IMG/VR virus record: IMGVR_UViG_3300020050_015145
Location: 1-64,000 of that record
Strand: one strand, 5' to 3'
DNA: 64,000 nt
Origin: a virus
Lineage: Duplodnaviria; Caudoviricetes
Shown here: one piece after another, positions 8,967 through 17,835 of the stretch
How the letters are laid out: each line of letters starts with the position of its first letter
How positions within the stretch are numbered: position 1 is the stretch's first letter
Notes under the pieces: generated by a model
The model's input: only the letters and a program-made list of their open reading frames with translations
What the model was told of the DNA's origin: nothing
The model's database searches: none
Program-made: the position numbers and the translations under genes

Positions 8967-9026
8967 TTCCCCATATTTAAGTTTCGTCAATCCACTCGTT
9001 ATGTGCAATTTTATTTTTCATTTTTT

Positions 9027-9977
9027 TTACCCTCCCAAAAAATGATTTAATGATTTTCTATTCGGGTTATATTCGTAATCTTCCCAACTACACGAATTGA
9101 AGATTATCCTATTGTTTACATATCTTGTGTATGATTTTTGATACTTGTCTGACTTATTGTAAGGCATCACAAAAGGTTTGCATCCTAATTCCCTTAAAAA
9201 TTCAACTCTGTAATAGTCTTGTTCTGGAGTTGTATCATAGCCAATTAAGACAAAGAATTGCATATTTTGACAAGGTATTCCCCATTTGTTACATCGTTCA
9301 ATTCCTCTTATTATTACTCTTTCATCTTTGAACTGATCCCAAGCAAAAGTTAAATACTTCTTATTGAATTTAGAGTTTGAGTAATTAACTTTTGCTAATA
9401 ATTCGGCTTGTCTATCTGAAAGTATGCGAATATTTAAACCTTGAACAAAACACACTTTTAATTTTAACTCTGCAATCCTTTCTAAATTAGACTGCCAATT
9501 TGTGCCACCAAAAAAATCATTATCTAACAACATCAAATTTTTACCGCCTGATGGGTTGGTAAGTAGCTCGTCAATAGTGTTATAATTCTTTGGCTTTCCC
9601 TCCTTTGTTGGCACACAACAGAATGAACAGCTAAAACGACATCCTTTCATTGAAAATCCATAATGAAAAGGAGTGTTTGGGTATATTTCCCAATCCATTG
9701 TAGCAGCTTCAATTTCAGCAGGTAGTTTATTATAGAAATCTATTCCAGTTCCGCCAATCACCATATTATCGGGTATTTGTGGCATTTCTGAAAACTTAAA
9801 TATTTTACTTGCATAAATTTTATCGTATTGATTTGCAAATAAAATTCCCTCATACCAACTTACATCATCGCCAATAGATTTGTGATACCCACTAATCTTC
9901 ATTAGTGCTATGTTTGGAAATTGAACGCCTTGATATTCCGTTCCATCAACTTGATATATTCCTATTCGTGCCATCAA
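9027..9977 (-). CDS. Radical SAM protein (cassette 1 cargo)
   Basis: CxxxCxxC (CRFSCSFC), FPNIALMKIS N-terminus, LLDNDF, FVLIGY. Confidence 0.85.
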   Translation of the reverse strand: MMARIGIYQVDGTEYQGVQFPNIALMKISGYHKSIGDDVSWYEGILFANQYDKIYASKIFKFSEMPQIPDNMVIGGTGIDFYNKLPAEIEAATMDWEIYPNTPFHYGFSMKGCRFSCSFCCVPTKEGKPKNYNTIDELLTNPSGGKNLMLLDNDFFGGTNWQSNLERIAELKLKVCFVQGLNIRILSDRQAELLAKVNYSNSKFNKKYLTFAWDQFKDERVIIRGIERCNKWGIPCQNMQFFVLIGYDTTPEQDYYRVEFLRELGCKPFVMPYNKSDKYQKSYTRYVNNRIIFNSCSWEDYEYNPNRKSLNHFLGG

Positions 9978-10027
9978 TGATTTAATGATTTAATTGCCCA
10001 CGCACAAAAAATGAAAAAGAAAACAGA

Positions 10028-10160
10028 CACATAACAGCACATTGCCAAAAGTGGCGATGTAGTGCTAAAATCAAGTGTAGTGCTTCTAATTTTCATTTGT
10101 GCTATGTTCAAAATTTGTACTTCTAATTCGCCACCTTCGGCAATCTGCAAAACGTTATGT
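10028..10160 (+). repeat. attC-like hairpin element A
   Basis: CACATAAC-A-21 bp arm ... arm-AAAAC-GTTATGT; 18/21 matches between arms 10037-10057 and 10128-10148. Confidence 0.75.
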
Positions 10161-10505
10161 TTAATTGCTCGTTCCTCGCAACTCCGCTTCGCTAAACATA
10201 ACACAGTATTTGCGATAATAATTTAAAACCTCTGAGCGTAACCATTTCTCAGCAAAGTTTTTTAATTCATCTACTGTGTCGCCAAAGCCACTATACATTA
10301 CCCTGTTTTTGTATCGTATCATTAAAGTAAGTCCACAATTATTTGGCTTTATATCATCTCTAATACTTTTACTTCCTTTATCATAAATACCATCACAATC
10401 GTAACGTATATCAAATTCATACGCTCCTACTGTGGCTTTTGCTGTGGCATAATCAAGACCAAAAAACTTTGCTTGTTCTACCCAATTATTAATTTTTGTT
10501 TCCAT
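10161..10505 (-). CDS. Hypothetical protein lying in the loop and left arm of element B
   Basis: 114 aa ORF with A/T-rich upstream context. Confidence 0.65.
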   Translation of the reverse strand: METKINNWVEQAKFFGLDYATAKATVGAYEFDIRYDCDGIYDKGSKSIRDDIKPNNCGLTLMIRYKNRVMYSGFGDTVDELKNFAEKWLRSEVLNYYRKYCVMFSEAELRGTSN

Positions 10506-10560
10506 ATTAAATTCTCGTTAAGGTTTTAAATTACTACGCAAATACTGATACCGTTAGTGG
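10194..10560 (+). repeat. attC-like hairpin element B with an approximately 290 nt loop
   Basis: AAACATAAC-A-CAGTATTTGCG..AATTTAAAACCT ... AGGTTTTAAATT..CGCAAATACTG-ATACC-GTTAGTGG. Confidence 0.7.
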
Positions 10561-10606
10561 CAACCGTAGGACACCCGACACCGAGCATCCTACGAACCAC
10601 AAAAAA

Positions 10607-10885
10607 TTAAATCCTTGTATTGCCTTCTTCAAACGCTTCGGCAGGTGAAAATGATTTGTAGCCATCTTTGTAAACTACATAATAGCCACCTACTTGTGGT
10701 TTGTGCTTATGTAAATAATCTACTTCAACTCTAAAAGGTGCATAACCTTCTTCTTCGGGAGTAATAATTGCACTTCCATCGCTTTCACGATTTTCACCTT
10801 CTCCATCTCTTACAATGGATTTAATTTTTAAAGCCCATACTTCTTTATGGCTTCTGTACTTTGGCATTTCTACTGATACACTCAT
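10607..10885 (-). CDS. Small phage protein (cassette 3 cargo), candidate anti-defence
   Basis: 92 aa; GYYVVYKDGYKSFSPAEAFEEG motif. Confidence 0.75.
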   Translation of the reverse strand: MSVSVEMPKYRSHKEVWALKIKSIVRDGEGENRESDGSAIITPEEEGYAPFRVEVDYLHKHKPQVGGYYVVYKDGYKSFSPAEAFEEGNTRI

Positions 10886-10944
10886 ATTGTTTTTTTGTGG
10901 GTTTTATAACTCCGCCCAGAAGTTTTATCGTGAGAAAACGGCAG

Positions 10945-11030
10945 CCACTAACACGGGTTTGGCAAAATGGCTTTCCGACACACAAGCCAACGCACAAAAG
11001 CCACTTCGCCAAGCCCGAAAACGTTACCCG
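10945..11030 (+). repeat. attC-like hairpin element C
   Basis: CCACTAAC-A-21 bp arm ... arm-AAAAC-GTTACCCG; 18/21 matches between arms 10954-10974 and 10997-11017. Confidence 0.75.
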
Positions 11031-11085
11031 CCACACCTTCCCACCCTCTCCCCGCAATTTTTACATTTAACCCATCGCTTGCTTG

Positions 11086-12825
11086 TCACTCTCGTTCCAA
11101 ACCCGCACTTCGGACACATACCCGCCCCAACGCCTCGGCCCATACTTTCATTTGCCTTGGTACCACACTGTTTCCGATAAATTTCTTTTGGTCGGTCTGC
11201 GTACCTTTCAAGACATAACCGGCTGGAAACCCCTGAATAAGCAAAAGCTCCTTTACCATCAGCATCCGCATATAAATATCCGCAATGCCCGCCGCCCGCA
11301 TAAACTGCTTGATTTTTACCATGGCCTCGCTGTCGGTGGAATTAATTTCCCAATAAGGCGAACCCGTGGCCAGCGTAACCATACCAATAGGCGCTTTGTC
11401 CTGACGGGCAATAATAACTGGGCTGGGCACTTCTAAGCTGTGCGTTGCGCCTCCGTGATTAGTCGTCACCAAATAATGATGGTGGTCCGTCACACGGTTG
11501 CCCGTGAGTAGAGTAGGAGCGGGTTCATCCAATGATTTCGGTAAGTTGCTGTGCTGATTGGTCATCAAATAACTGGAGCTTACCAAGCTAAACCTATCTT
11601 TGGTGGACAATGCTCCGCAGGGAACATCGGTACTGTGCGCCTCTTTTTCGGTGCCGTTGTATTTTAACAAAAACTCAGGGCTTACAATCGCGTGGCGGTT
11701 CTCAGTCGTCACCGTCAAACACGGTTCGTCCATTCCTCTCAAACGATTGTCATTGCTTCCTGAATAATACGTCATCACAAACGGTTCGGGCGTTACAAGC
11801 GACATTTTACTTTGTGTTGTAATCGTAGAGGCTGGATTGTCAATAGCCATAACCCGACAATCATCATTGCCCGAAAACTGACTGCTTAAAAACGGCTCCA
11901 CACTTGCCAACGAATGACTATCCGTCGTGGTCATGGCACCCGCAGGCACGTCCAATGCAACACACTTGCCTTCCGGATCTCCTGAATAATGTTTCTGCAA
12001 AAACTCCTTATCCCCCTTCACCACGTGCTTTATCAGGCCCGCAAAAATCCGCTTCAGCGTCTTTTCAACCAACGGTATTTTTCGGGTAAAAATAGATTCC
12101 CCTTTCTCCGAAAGGTCCAAAACCTCCCGTACCGGCATCCATTTTTTCAACTTCTCGTTATACATCGTAGAGGCTTTCGGGGTTTTTGCGTGTGTCGGCT
12201 CAGGCCATGCCACAGGCATTCCATTTTTGGAAAACATAGCATAGTACCTAAGCCTCGATGTATAAGCCCCGTAATCCGCTGCGTTCAATAGCCGATGCGA
12301 ATAACAATAGCCCAACTCCTCAATGTCCCGCGTCCAGCGCACGTACTCCCGCCCTTTTTGTCGGCTAATAGGCTTCCCTTTGTCGTCCAGCGGCCCCCAC
12401 GACATAAATTCCCGTACGTTTTCAACCGTAAAATAATCAGGGCTCAACGCCTTAATATACATCGGCATAAACTCCGCCAAACTGCGGCTGTCTCCGTCCC
12501 GAGGCTTACCACCCTTGGCGTTACTGAAGTTGGTACATTCCAAACTCGCATGAAGCACCACCAACACTCTACGCCCTATACGTTGCAATTTCTCCCGTTC
12601 TACCTTTGCCAATTCGGCTACTTTCTTCACTACGGCCATATCCCGAATGTCTTCCGTAAAATGATGCGTGTCGGGATGGTTGGCCGCGTGGCTTTCAATG
12701 GCTTTGGCATCGTGATTAACCCCTGCCAGTACCCGAAATTCAACACCTGGTACAGATGCCTGTTCAAACCCTTCGGGCACGCCTCCGGCTCCACAAAATA
12801 AATCTATGATTAAAATAGTTGTCAT
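11086..12825 (-). CDS. DNA (cytosine-5) methyltransferase with a repeat-expanded variable region
   Basis: DLFCGAGG, ASLECTNFS (PC-like catalytic motif), ENV, RLR and KFIGNSV motifs. Confidence 0.9.
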   Translation of the reverse strand: MTTILIIDLFCGAGGVPEGFEQASVPGVEFRVLAGVNHDAKAIESHAANHPDTHHFTEDIRDMAVVKKVAELAKVEREKLQRIGRRVLVVLHASLECTNFSNAKGGKPRDGDSRSLAEFMPMYIKALSPDYFTVENVREFMSWGPLDDKGKPISRQKGREYVRWTRDIEELGYCYSHRLLNAADYGAYTSRLRYYAMFSKNGMPVAWPEPTHAKTPKASTMYNEKLKKWMPVREVLDLSEKGESIFTRKIPLVEKTLKRIFAGLIKHVVKGDKEFLQKHYSGDPEGKCVALDVPAGAMTTTDSHSLASVEPFLSSQFSGNDDCRVMAIDNPASTITTQSKMSLVTPEPFVMTYYSGSNDNRLRGMDEPCLTVTTENRHAIVSPEFLLKYNGTEKEAHSTDVPCGALSTKDRFSLVSSSYLMTNQHSNLPKSLDEPAPTLLTGNRVTDHHHYLVTTNHGGATHSLEVPSPVIIARQDKAPIGMVTLATGSPYWEINSTDSEAMVKIKQFMRAAGIADIYMRMLMVKELLLIQGFPAGYVLKGTQTDQKKFIGNSVVPRQMKVWAEALGRVCVRSAGLERE

Positions 12826-12837
12826 CTTTATTTTTGG

Positions 12838-13092
12838 TTACACAATAAAACTTACCAAACGAAATTCAATTTTGTGCTGACATTCCCCTTTTTCGTTTGG
12901 CTCAAAACGGGAGACGGGCTGGTGAGAGTAATGCACGGGAATCAGATTGGGAGGGGCTTCGCCGGTTATTCTAAGTTCTAACCTTTCAATACTTTTGGTT
13001 GACTCCGGAACATTTACAAACCGCATACACCTCTCTTTGTGCGGGCAAGACCGGTTGTTGCACCGGCTCACGTCATCAGGCAGTGCTTCCAT
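12838..13092 (-). CDS. Small Cys-containing hypothetical protein
   Basis: RCNNRSCPHKERCMRF; likely start at 13092. Confidence 0.55.
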   Translation of the reverse strand: MEALPDDVSRCNNRSCPHKERCMRFVNVPESTKSIERLELRITGEAPPNLIPVHYSHQPVSRFEPNEKGECQHKIEFRLVSFIV

Positions 13093-13462
13093 CCTTAAAA
13101 AAGTCAGTTGGCTTATTTCCCGCCATGGCAAAACCTATGAATCGCCCCAGTTCAATAGAAAGTCCGTGATGCTTACAAAAGATGCCGCATAAATTCCGCA
13201 TTTTCCGACTGCTGCTCACCTGTTCTTTTTGGGCCTGAAACAATCGGTCGTTTTCGGCCAACGTGCGTTTTAGCTCAATTTGCCCGTGTTTAACTTCCGC
13301 TTTCAGTATTTCAATTTCGCGACACTTTCTTTTTTCAAATTCTTTGGTTTGCTCGGTAAGCATATCCAGCCTTTCTGACAGTGTAGCACAGTAGCGAAGC
13401 AATAAATTGACCTTGTTGGCATCCGGCAACTGGTCGAATGTGATGGGAGGAAGTAGATTCAT
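13076..13462 (-). CDS. Hypothetical coiled-coil protein
   Basis: 128 aa; ATGA overlap with the upstream gene. Confidence 0.7.
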   Translation of the reverse strand: MNLLPPITFDQLPDANKVNLLLRYCATLSERLDMLTEQTKEFEKRKCREIEILKAEVKHGQIELKRTLAENDRLFQAQKEQVSSSRKMRNLCGIFCKHHGLSIELGRFIGFAMAGNKPTDFFKDGSTA

Positions 13463-14016
13463 AATGCTTTTTTGAGTTTAGCGTGTAATGCCTCTAACCA
13501 TAGGCATTCTCTGTTTTTCTTGGTCACAATAAAACCCCAAGGCTCACTGATAGACTTGAATTCTTCTTCAACAAACTCTTTGTCGTAACTATAATCGTCA
13601 ATCAGGTAGTAATCAAGGCGTTTAATAAACGAATAGAAGTTATCAACAAAAAAGTGTTCTGATGGGCATTCCGCGCATTCGTTTTGAAAGCTATTCAGCT
13701 TTTCCCGCATATCTGCCTGAAAATCCAAATTCTTATACCATGGCAAAATAGCCTCTCTGATATGTTTGCGAATGGCCGAAAATGTTCTTTTTACATCTAC
13801 TTCAGTACAGCTTGCCGAACCAAGTAATTTATTTGCAAAATAATCTACATTGATTTGGCAAAGAAAGCTTCGTAATGGCATACCCATTGCACCCCAATAC
13901 ATTGAATAGTTATGTCCGTAATCACTGATTGTGATTTTACCCTGACCATTCCCCATATCTTCAAGGAAAATATCAGCACTCTCAATTTTGATTCGGTCGG
14001 GAGCGATTGCGTTCAT
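13459..14016 (-). CDS. Hypothetical phage protein
   Basis: 185 aa ORF in operon. Confidence 0.75.
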   Translation of the reverse strand: MNAIAPDRIKIESADIFLEDMGNGQGKITISDYGHNYSMYWGAMGMPLRSFLCQINVDYFANKLLGSASCTEVDVKRTFSAIRKHIREAILPWYKNLDFQADMREKLNSFQNECAECPSEHFFVDNFYSFIKRLDYYLIDDYSYDKEFVEEEFKSISEPWGFIVTKKNRECLWLEALHAKLKKAL

Positions 14017-14083
14017 TTTGGTTAGATTAGAAATTGAAAAATAACCCCGCCATTACAGCGGGGCGGTAGGGTAAAGGGTAGCA

Positions 14084-14704
14084 CTATTTCTTTTTACGTT
14101 TCGGCTTCAGTTCTCCCCCGTCAAAATCAGCTTCATCGCCGAAAATATCATCCAGCTCCGATGGCACTCCCGCATCTTCAGCCGTCCTTTCCAACTCATT
14201 GGCTGCTTTCTCATCCTCCAGCGTCAACTGCAATTCTTCGGCACTCATCGGACGGGTATCCACCACAATGTTGGTGAGAGGATTGTAATACTCAAAAATC
14301 TTCTTTTCCATGTTTTTGCGACGCGGGAAAAACTCTCTGATTTCTTTTTGGGACATTTTGCGCGTTTCAATCAGGTCAGAGTTTTCGGGATGATAGTATT
14401 CAAATTCCAGTGTATTGCCGTTGATTTTTTTGATGGCTTCCACCTGTTCAAATTTATACCCATCGTTCAGGTAGTTGCCTGTAATGTTCATTTCTGCCTC
14501 TTTGGCTTCAATGCGACTTTTCCAAGTGGACATGGCGGACTTTTTGTCCAGTTCCATCTGGTTTTTGTCCTTGCGTTGGGTGTTCAGCTCCGCACCTAAG
14601 TTGATCAACTCTTTATCATCGAATACGTGTTTGTACTCCACGCGTTCGGTTTTTTCGGGAAACGTAAACTGAACAACTTCTTCCTGTATGTCTTGATTTT
14701 GCAT
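14084..14704 (-). CDS. Hypothetical phage protein
   Basis: 206 aa ORF with good initiation context. Confidence 0.75.
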   Translation of the reverse strand: MQNQDIQEEVVQFTFPEKTERVEYKHVFDDKELINLGAELNTQRKDKNQMELDKKSAMSTWKSRIEAKEAEMNITGNYLNDGYKFEQVEAIKKINGNTLEFEYYHPENSDLIETRKMSQKEIREFFPRRKNMEKKIFEYYNPLTNIVVDTRPMSAEELQLTLEDEKAANELERTAEDAGVPSELDDIFGDEADFDGGELKPKRKKK

Positions 14705-14738
14705 GATTGTAATTAGTAAAAAGGTTTGATTGAATTGA

Positions 14739-15041
14739 TTAAATAATTTCCCAGTCTTGGGCTAAAAGATTGGAGACAGAAAGAAAACTTTGAGCGGAAC
14801 TTGGCCCTTTATCGGGATGAATCCGCTGTGCATACGGAAGTTTAATTCCTTCTTCGTCGGTACCGAACTCAAAATGTTTCGGATGAATGCCGTGAATGGT
14901 TTCGACCGCATCTGCACCAATGGGATAACTGCCCTTTTTAAGTTTCAGATGCACACCCTCAGCCCAGTGCGGGCGACGAATTCCCTGCTCATCTTTGAAG
15001 GCTTCCAGCGCTTGGCTGAATGTTAAGTTTTGCTTTGGCAT
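14739..15041 (-). CDS. DUF2829 / Tad2-like protein
   Basis: N-terminal FSQALEAFK...IRRPHW and C-terminal SNLLAQDWEII match the DUF2829 pattern. Confidence 0.65.
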   Translation of the reverse strand: MPKQNLTFSQALEAFKDEQGIRRPHWAEGVHLKLKKGSYPIGADAVETIHGIHPKHFEFGTDEEGIKLPYAQRIHPDKGPSSAQSFLSVSNLLAQDWEII

Positions 15042-15055
15042 AAAATAATTTATTT

Positions 15056-15427
15056 TTAAGGTTCAACTACATCAGTTATTTCAATCACATATTTTTCAAG
15101 CGATTCACTTGCAACCCGCACCTGCCTGAATTCGGGAATGCCTATAATTCGCATTTTGTCATCTTTGATGATGTGGGCGTTTTTAACAGCGTCCATCGGA
15201 ATCTTCATCGTGCAGGCCAGATTATCAAAGTCTTCCATAATCTTGATTCCGTAGCGGGTAATAATCACCTTAACTTTTCCGAGGTGTCTGTTTCCTTTGG
15301 CCTGACTCAAAAACAACCACGTCCACGTTTCTTTTAATCGGGCGCGGTCACGATAATGCAGGTTTATCAAACCTTCTTTGCCGTTTAGCCCATGAACGCG
15401 CCCGGGGATGGTTAGGATAGTGGTCAT
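15056..15427 (-). CDS. RusA-like Holliday junction resolvase
   Basis: DFDNLACTMKIPMDAV...IIKDDK motif. Confidence 0.7.
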   Translation of the reverse strand: MTTILTIPGRVHGLNGKEGLINLHYRDRARLKETWTWLFLSQAKGNRHLGKVKVIITRYGIKIMEDFDNLACTMKIPMDAVKNAHIIKDDKMRIIGIPEFRQVRVASESLEKYVIEITDVVEP

Positions 15428-15460
15428 TTAGATAGGGTCAATTGTTTGGTTTTGGCGTTT

Positions 15461-15799
15461 TTATAGCTTCGTTCTCATTTTACCCATATCCACCTCCGGT
15501 ATTCCTCCCGCCCGATTCACCCTTCTTGAAATCACGTTTTTATCCGAGGGCAGTCTCAAAAAAGAAACCTTCGTATCGGCCAAATAGAAATCGTAACGCG
15601 AATGAATCGTTGGAGGGATAGGCTCAAGAACGGGCCTTCCGTCCTTGGTAAAGTCACCCGTGGCAAGTCCTGCCGTGTAAGCTGTTGTGGTGGCATTGGG
15701 GCGTTCGTTGACATAAACGCGTACCGTATTGCCTTTTCGTATCACTTCCGACAATGGCGGAAGTACGGATTTATTGGTAGGGATAGTGTGATTTTGCAT
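15461..15799 (-). CDS. Hypothetical protein
   Basis: 112 aa ORF in operon. Confidence 0.6.
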   Translation of the reverse strand: MQNHTIPTNKSVLPPLSEVIRKGNTVRVYVNERPNATTTAYTAGLATGDFTKDGRPVLEPIPPTIHSRYDFYLADTKVSFLRLPSDKNVISRRVNRAGGIPEVDMGKMRTKL

Positions 15800-15835
15800 G
15801 TTTAGGTTTTTGATAAGGACATTTATGTCCCTGTG

Positions 15836-17011
15836 TTAATTTTCAAGGTCAATGGGTGCAATTTCCTTTTTGGTCCATTCGGGAAGCGTTAATTCAATGA
15901 TACCGCGATGCCCGAATTCGGCACGGGCGTCAAAGCCGGGGAATAACTTGGAGTCCAGGCATTTCTTTACATCGACAATAGCCGAACGGTATCGGTATTT
16001 CCCCACGTGCAAATCATCGGCGGAGTACATAAATACCGCAGGTAAAAACGGCTCAACGGTTTGCAACATCACACAGATAACCGCATTGAAATGCCGCCCC
16101 GTGATTTGAGAAGCAACCTCCAAGTACATTCCTTCGGCCATGTGGTACTGGAATTTGGCCGCATCGTAGGCAAATTTCTCCACCGTTTCGGCGCTGGTGG
16201 TCTTGAAGGAAATAATAGCGTTGCATCCGATATTTTCTTCCAGTTGCAGTCCATCGGGGCGAATCTTAACGGGTAGTCCCGTTTCCGGATCGTGACCGTA
16301 AAAGCTTACTTCGTTCGCCGAGCCTTTCATTATTGCAGGAAGAATCCCTCCGCCGTAGGTGTAATAGTGTCTGCGCACCAACTCGATCTTTCGCTTCGAT
16401 ACTTCGTCAACGGTGATTTTCCCGCATCGCTTCACCAGCTCCTCGCGGTACCGCTTCAAGCCGTCCTGTTTTGCGACGTTCAGCCCCGAGCGCTTCAAGG
16501 CATCTTTGGCGTTTTTCAAAAGGTGTTTTTTACCTTTTTTCTTCATTACGTCTTTCAGGGTCTTTTCCCAAAACTCAATGGATTTCTTCACACCTTCCGT
16601 GGTGGCCATACTGTAATTGGGCTCCACGATCAAGGCATCAAACAAATCGGGCTCCAAAAACGCCATGTGGCAAAACGTGCCGAATTCAAAGGCTTTTTTA
16701 GAAGCCACAGGGATTTTCTCGTGCAGGTAACACCAGTAGTGTAACGGCGTTTTCAATATCTGCTTCAAAGCGCTGGCACTGTTGGCCGGAGCGGTCAGGT
16801 ACTTGGTCATTTCATCCTGAATCACCGTGCCGTAAAGTGACAGCTGAGGAAGCAACTCTTTAACTTCCAGCGTTTTTTTGCGGTGCAGGATGTGACTGAC
16901 CACGTCTTGAATAGTGGCGTAGTCGTCGGGATTGTAAGAGAGCGGGTTGATTTCCCGCTCTTCTACTGTCGCATTTCCCAATGCGCTCAACATTTCATCA
17001 ACGCTAAGCAC
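15836..17011 (-). CDS. RecE/exonuclease VIII-like PD-(D/E)XK nuclease (DUF3799-type)
   Basis: SASALKQILKTPLHY, FGTFCHMAFLEP, KIRPDG, FKTT and YHMAEGMY motifs. Confidence 0.85.
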   Translation of the reverse strand: MLSVDEMLSALGNATVEEREINPLSYNPDDYATIQDVVSHILHRKKTLEVKELLPQLSLYGTVIQDEMTKYLTAPANSASALKQILKTPLHYWCYLHEKIPVASKKAFEFGTFCHMAFLEPDLFDALIVEPNYSMATTEGVKKSIEFWEKTLKDVMKKKGKKHLLKNAKDALKRSGLNVAKQDGLKRYREELVKRCGKITVDEVSKRKIELVRRHYYTYGGGILPAIMKGSANEVSFYGHDPETGLPVKIRPDGLQLEENIGCNAIISFKTTSAETVEKFAYDAAKFQYHMAEGMYLEVASQITGRHFNAVICVMLQTVEPFLPAVFMYSADDLHVGKYRYRSAIVDVKKCLDSKLFPGFDARAEFGHRGIIELTLPEWTKKEIAPIDLEN

Positions 17012-17471
17012 TTTGCACCTGAAGCATTAAAGGTTTAACTGACCAATTGTCGCTTTTAAAAGCATTGGTTTTGTTGCCTATTTTCCCGCGATAAGTAATT
17101 TGCAAAGGCGTACCCGGTGTAAGATTTTCCAGCGCCGCAATCAGGCGTTTGGAGCCGTTGCGGATTTGCTTCACGCCGTCAGAAGACTTTTCAAGGAAAA
17201 ACGCACAGGGTAGATTCAGTACCACCGATGCGTCGTTAATGTCCTGCACCTGCGTGTCTTCTATTTTGACGAAAATCAGGCGTTTTGCTTCTCCCGCATT
17301 TAAGGGCGTCCAATACTCGCTCGATAAGTCAAGCGGCAATACCTGTGCCCCGTCCAAATCGGGCATTTCTTTCATCGTCATTAAATCGACGGTAGGAATG
17401 GAAAGCGTAGCGCGTGGGCGCAATTCGTTTGCTTCTTCGGTCGTTACGACCAATTCATTAGACTCAGACAT
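17004..17471 (-). CDS. Hypothetical protein, possible ssDNA-binding or annealing partner of RecE
   Basis: Coupled to the RecE-like gene; likely start MSESNE at 17471; function inferred from position only. Confidence 0.6.
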   Translation of the reverse strand: MSESNELVVTTEEANELRPRATLSIPTVDLMTMKEMPDLDGAQVLPLDLSSEYWTPLNAGEAKRLIFVKIEDTQVQDINDASVVLNLPCAFFLEKSSDGVKQIRNGSKRLIAALENLTPGTPLQITYRGKIGNKTNAFKSDNWSVKPLMLQVQSA

Positions 17472-17485
17472 GATAAAATATAGAT

Positions 17486-17835
17486 TTAAGTTAAAAGATA
17501 AATGGCAAGGCAAAAGGCAAGGACAAAGCAAAGCCCGGCAAAGAAGTGACGCCAAAACGCTTTGCTTGGCATCAAAGAAGGGTCACCGTACTGCGGCGGT
17601 GTGTCCCATTCGGTGTAGTTATCAAAGCTCATTTGATAAAAAATAAAAGTGCGACCAATCCAAACAGTAAAACCATTACCATGACCGCCCAGCATCCCGA
17701 CCCTTGGGTTTTTGGCCCCTCTTGGTCGTAAACGATGTAAAGCAATCCGCCTATCGTTGCGATAGCTGCGGCCAAAGTGGCAGAGCCCGCTGTGAACAAA
17801 AAAGAAGCCGCTCCTAAAACAATCAGTGCCTTCAT
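17486..17835 (-). CDS. Two small overlapping membrane proteins (17629-17835 and 17486-17695)
   Basis: Hydrophobic 68 and 69 aa ORFs. Confidence 0.45.

Noticed and set aside
8418-8990. Left arm for the half site ending at 8998
   Set aside because: No TAAC-A-(GATTGACGAAAC)-like complement was found upstream; the element is recorded as truncated
9974-10204. 76-aa ORF MLCLAKRSC... in the track
   Set aside because: It is the translation of attC-like element A and the spacer; it has no initiation context and overlaps neighbours
10845-11218. Short ORFs on both strands over element C
   Set aside because: They coincide with the hairpin and the MTase 3' end; likely spurious
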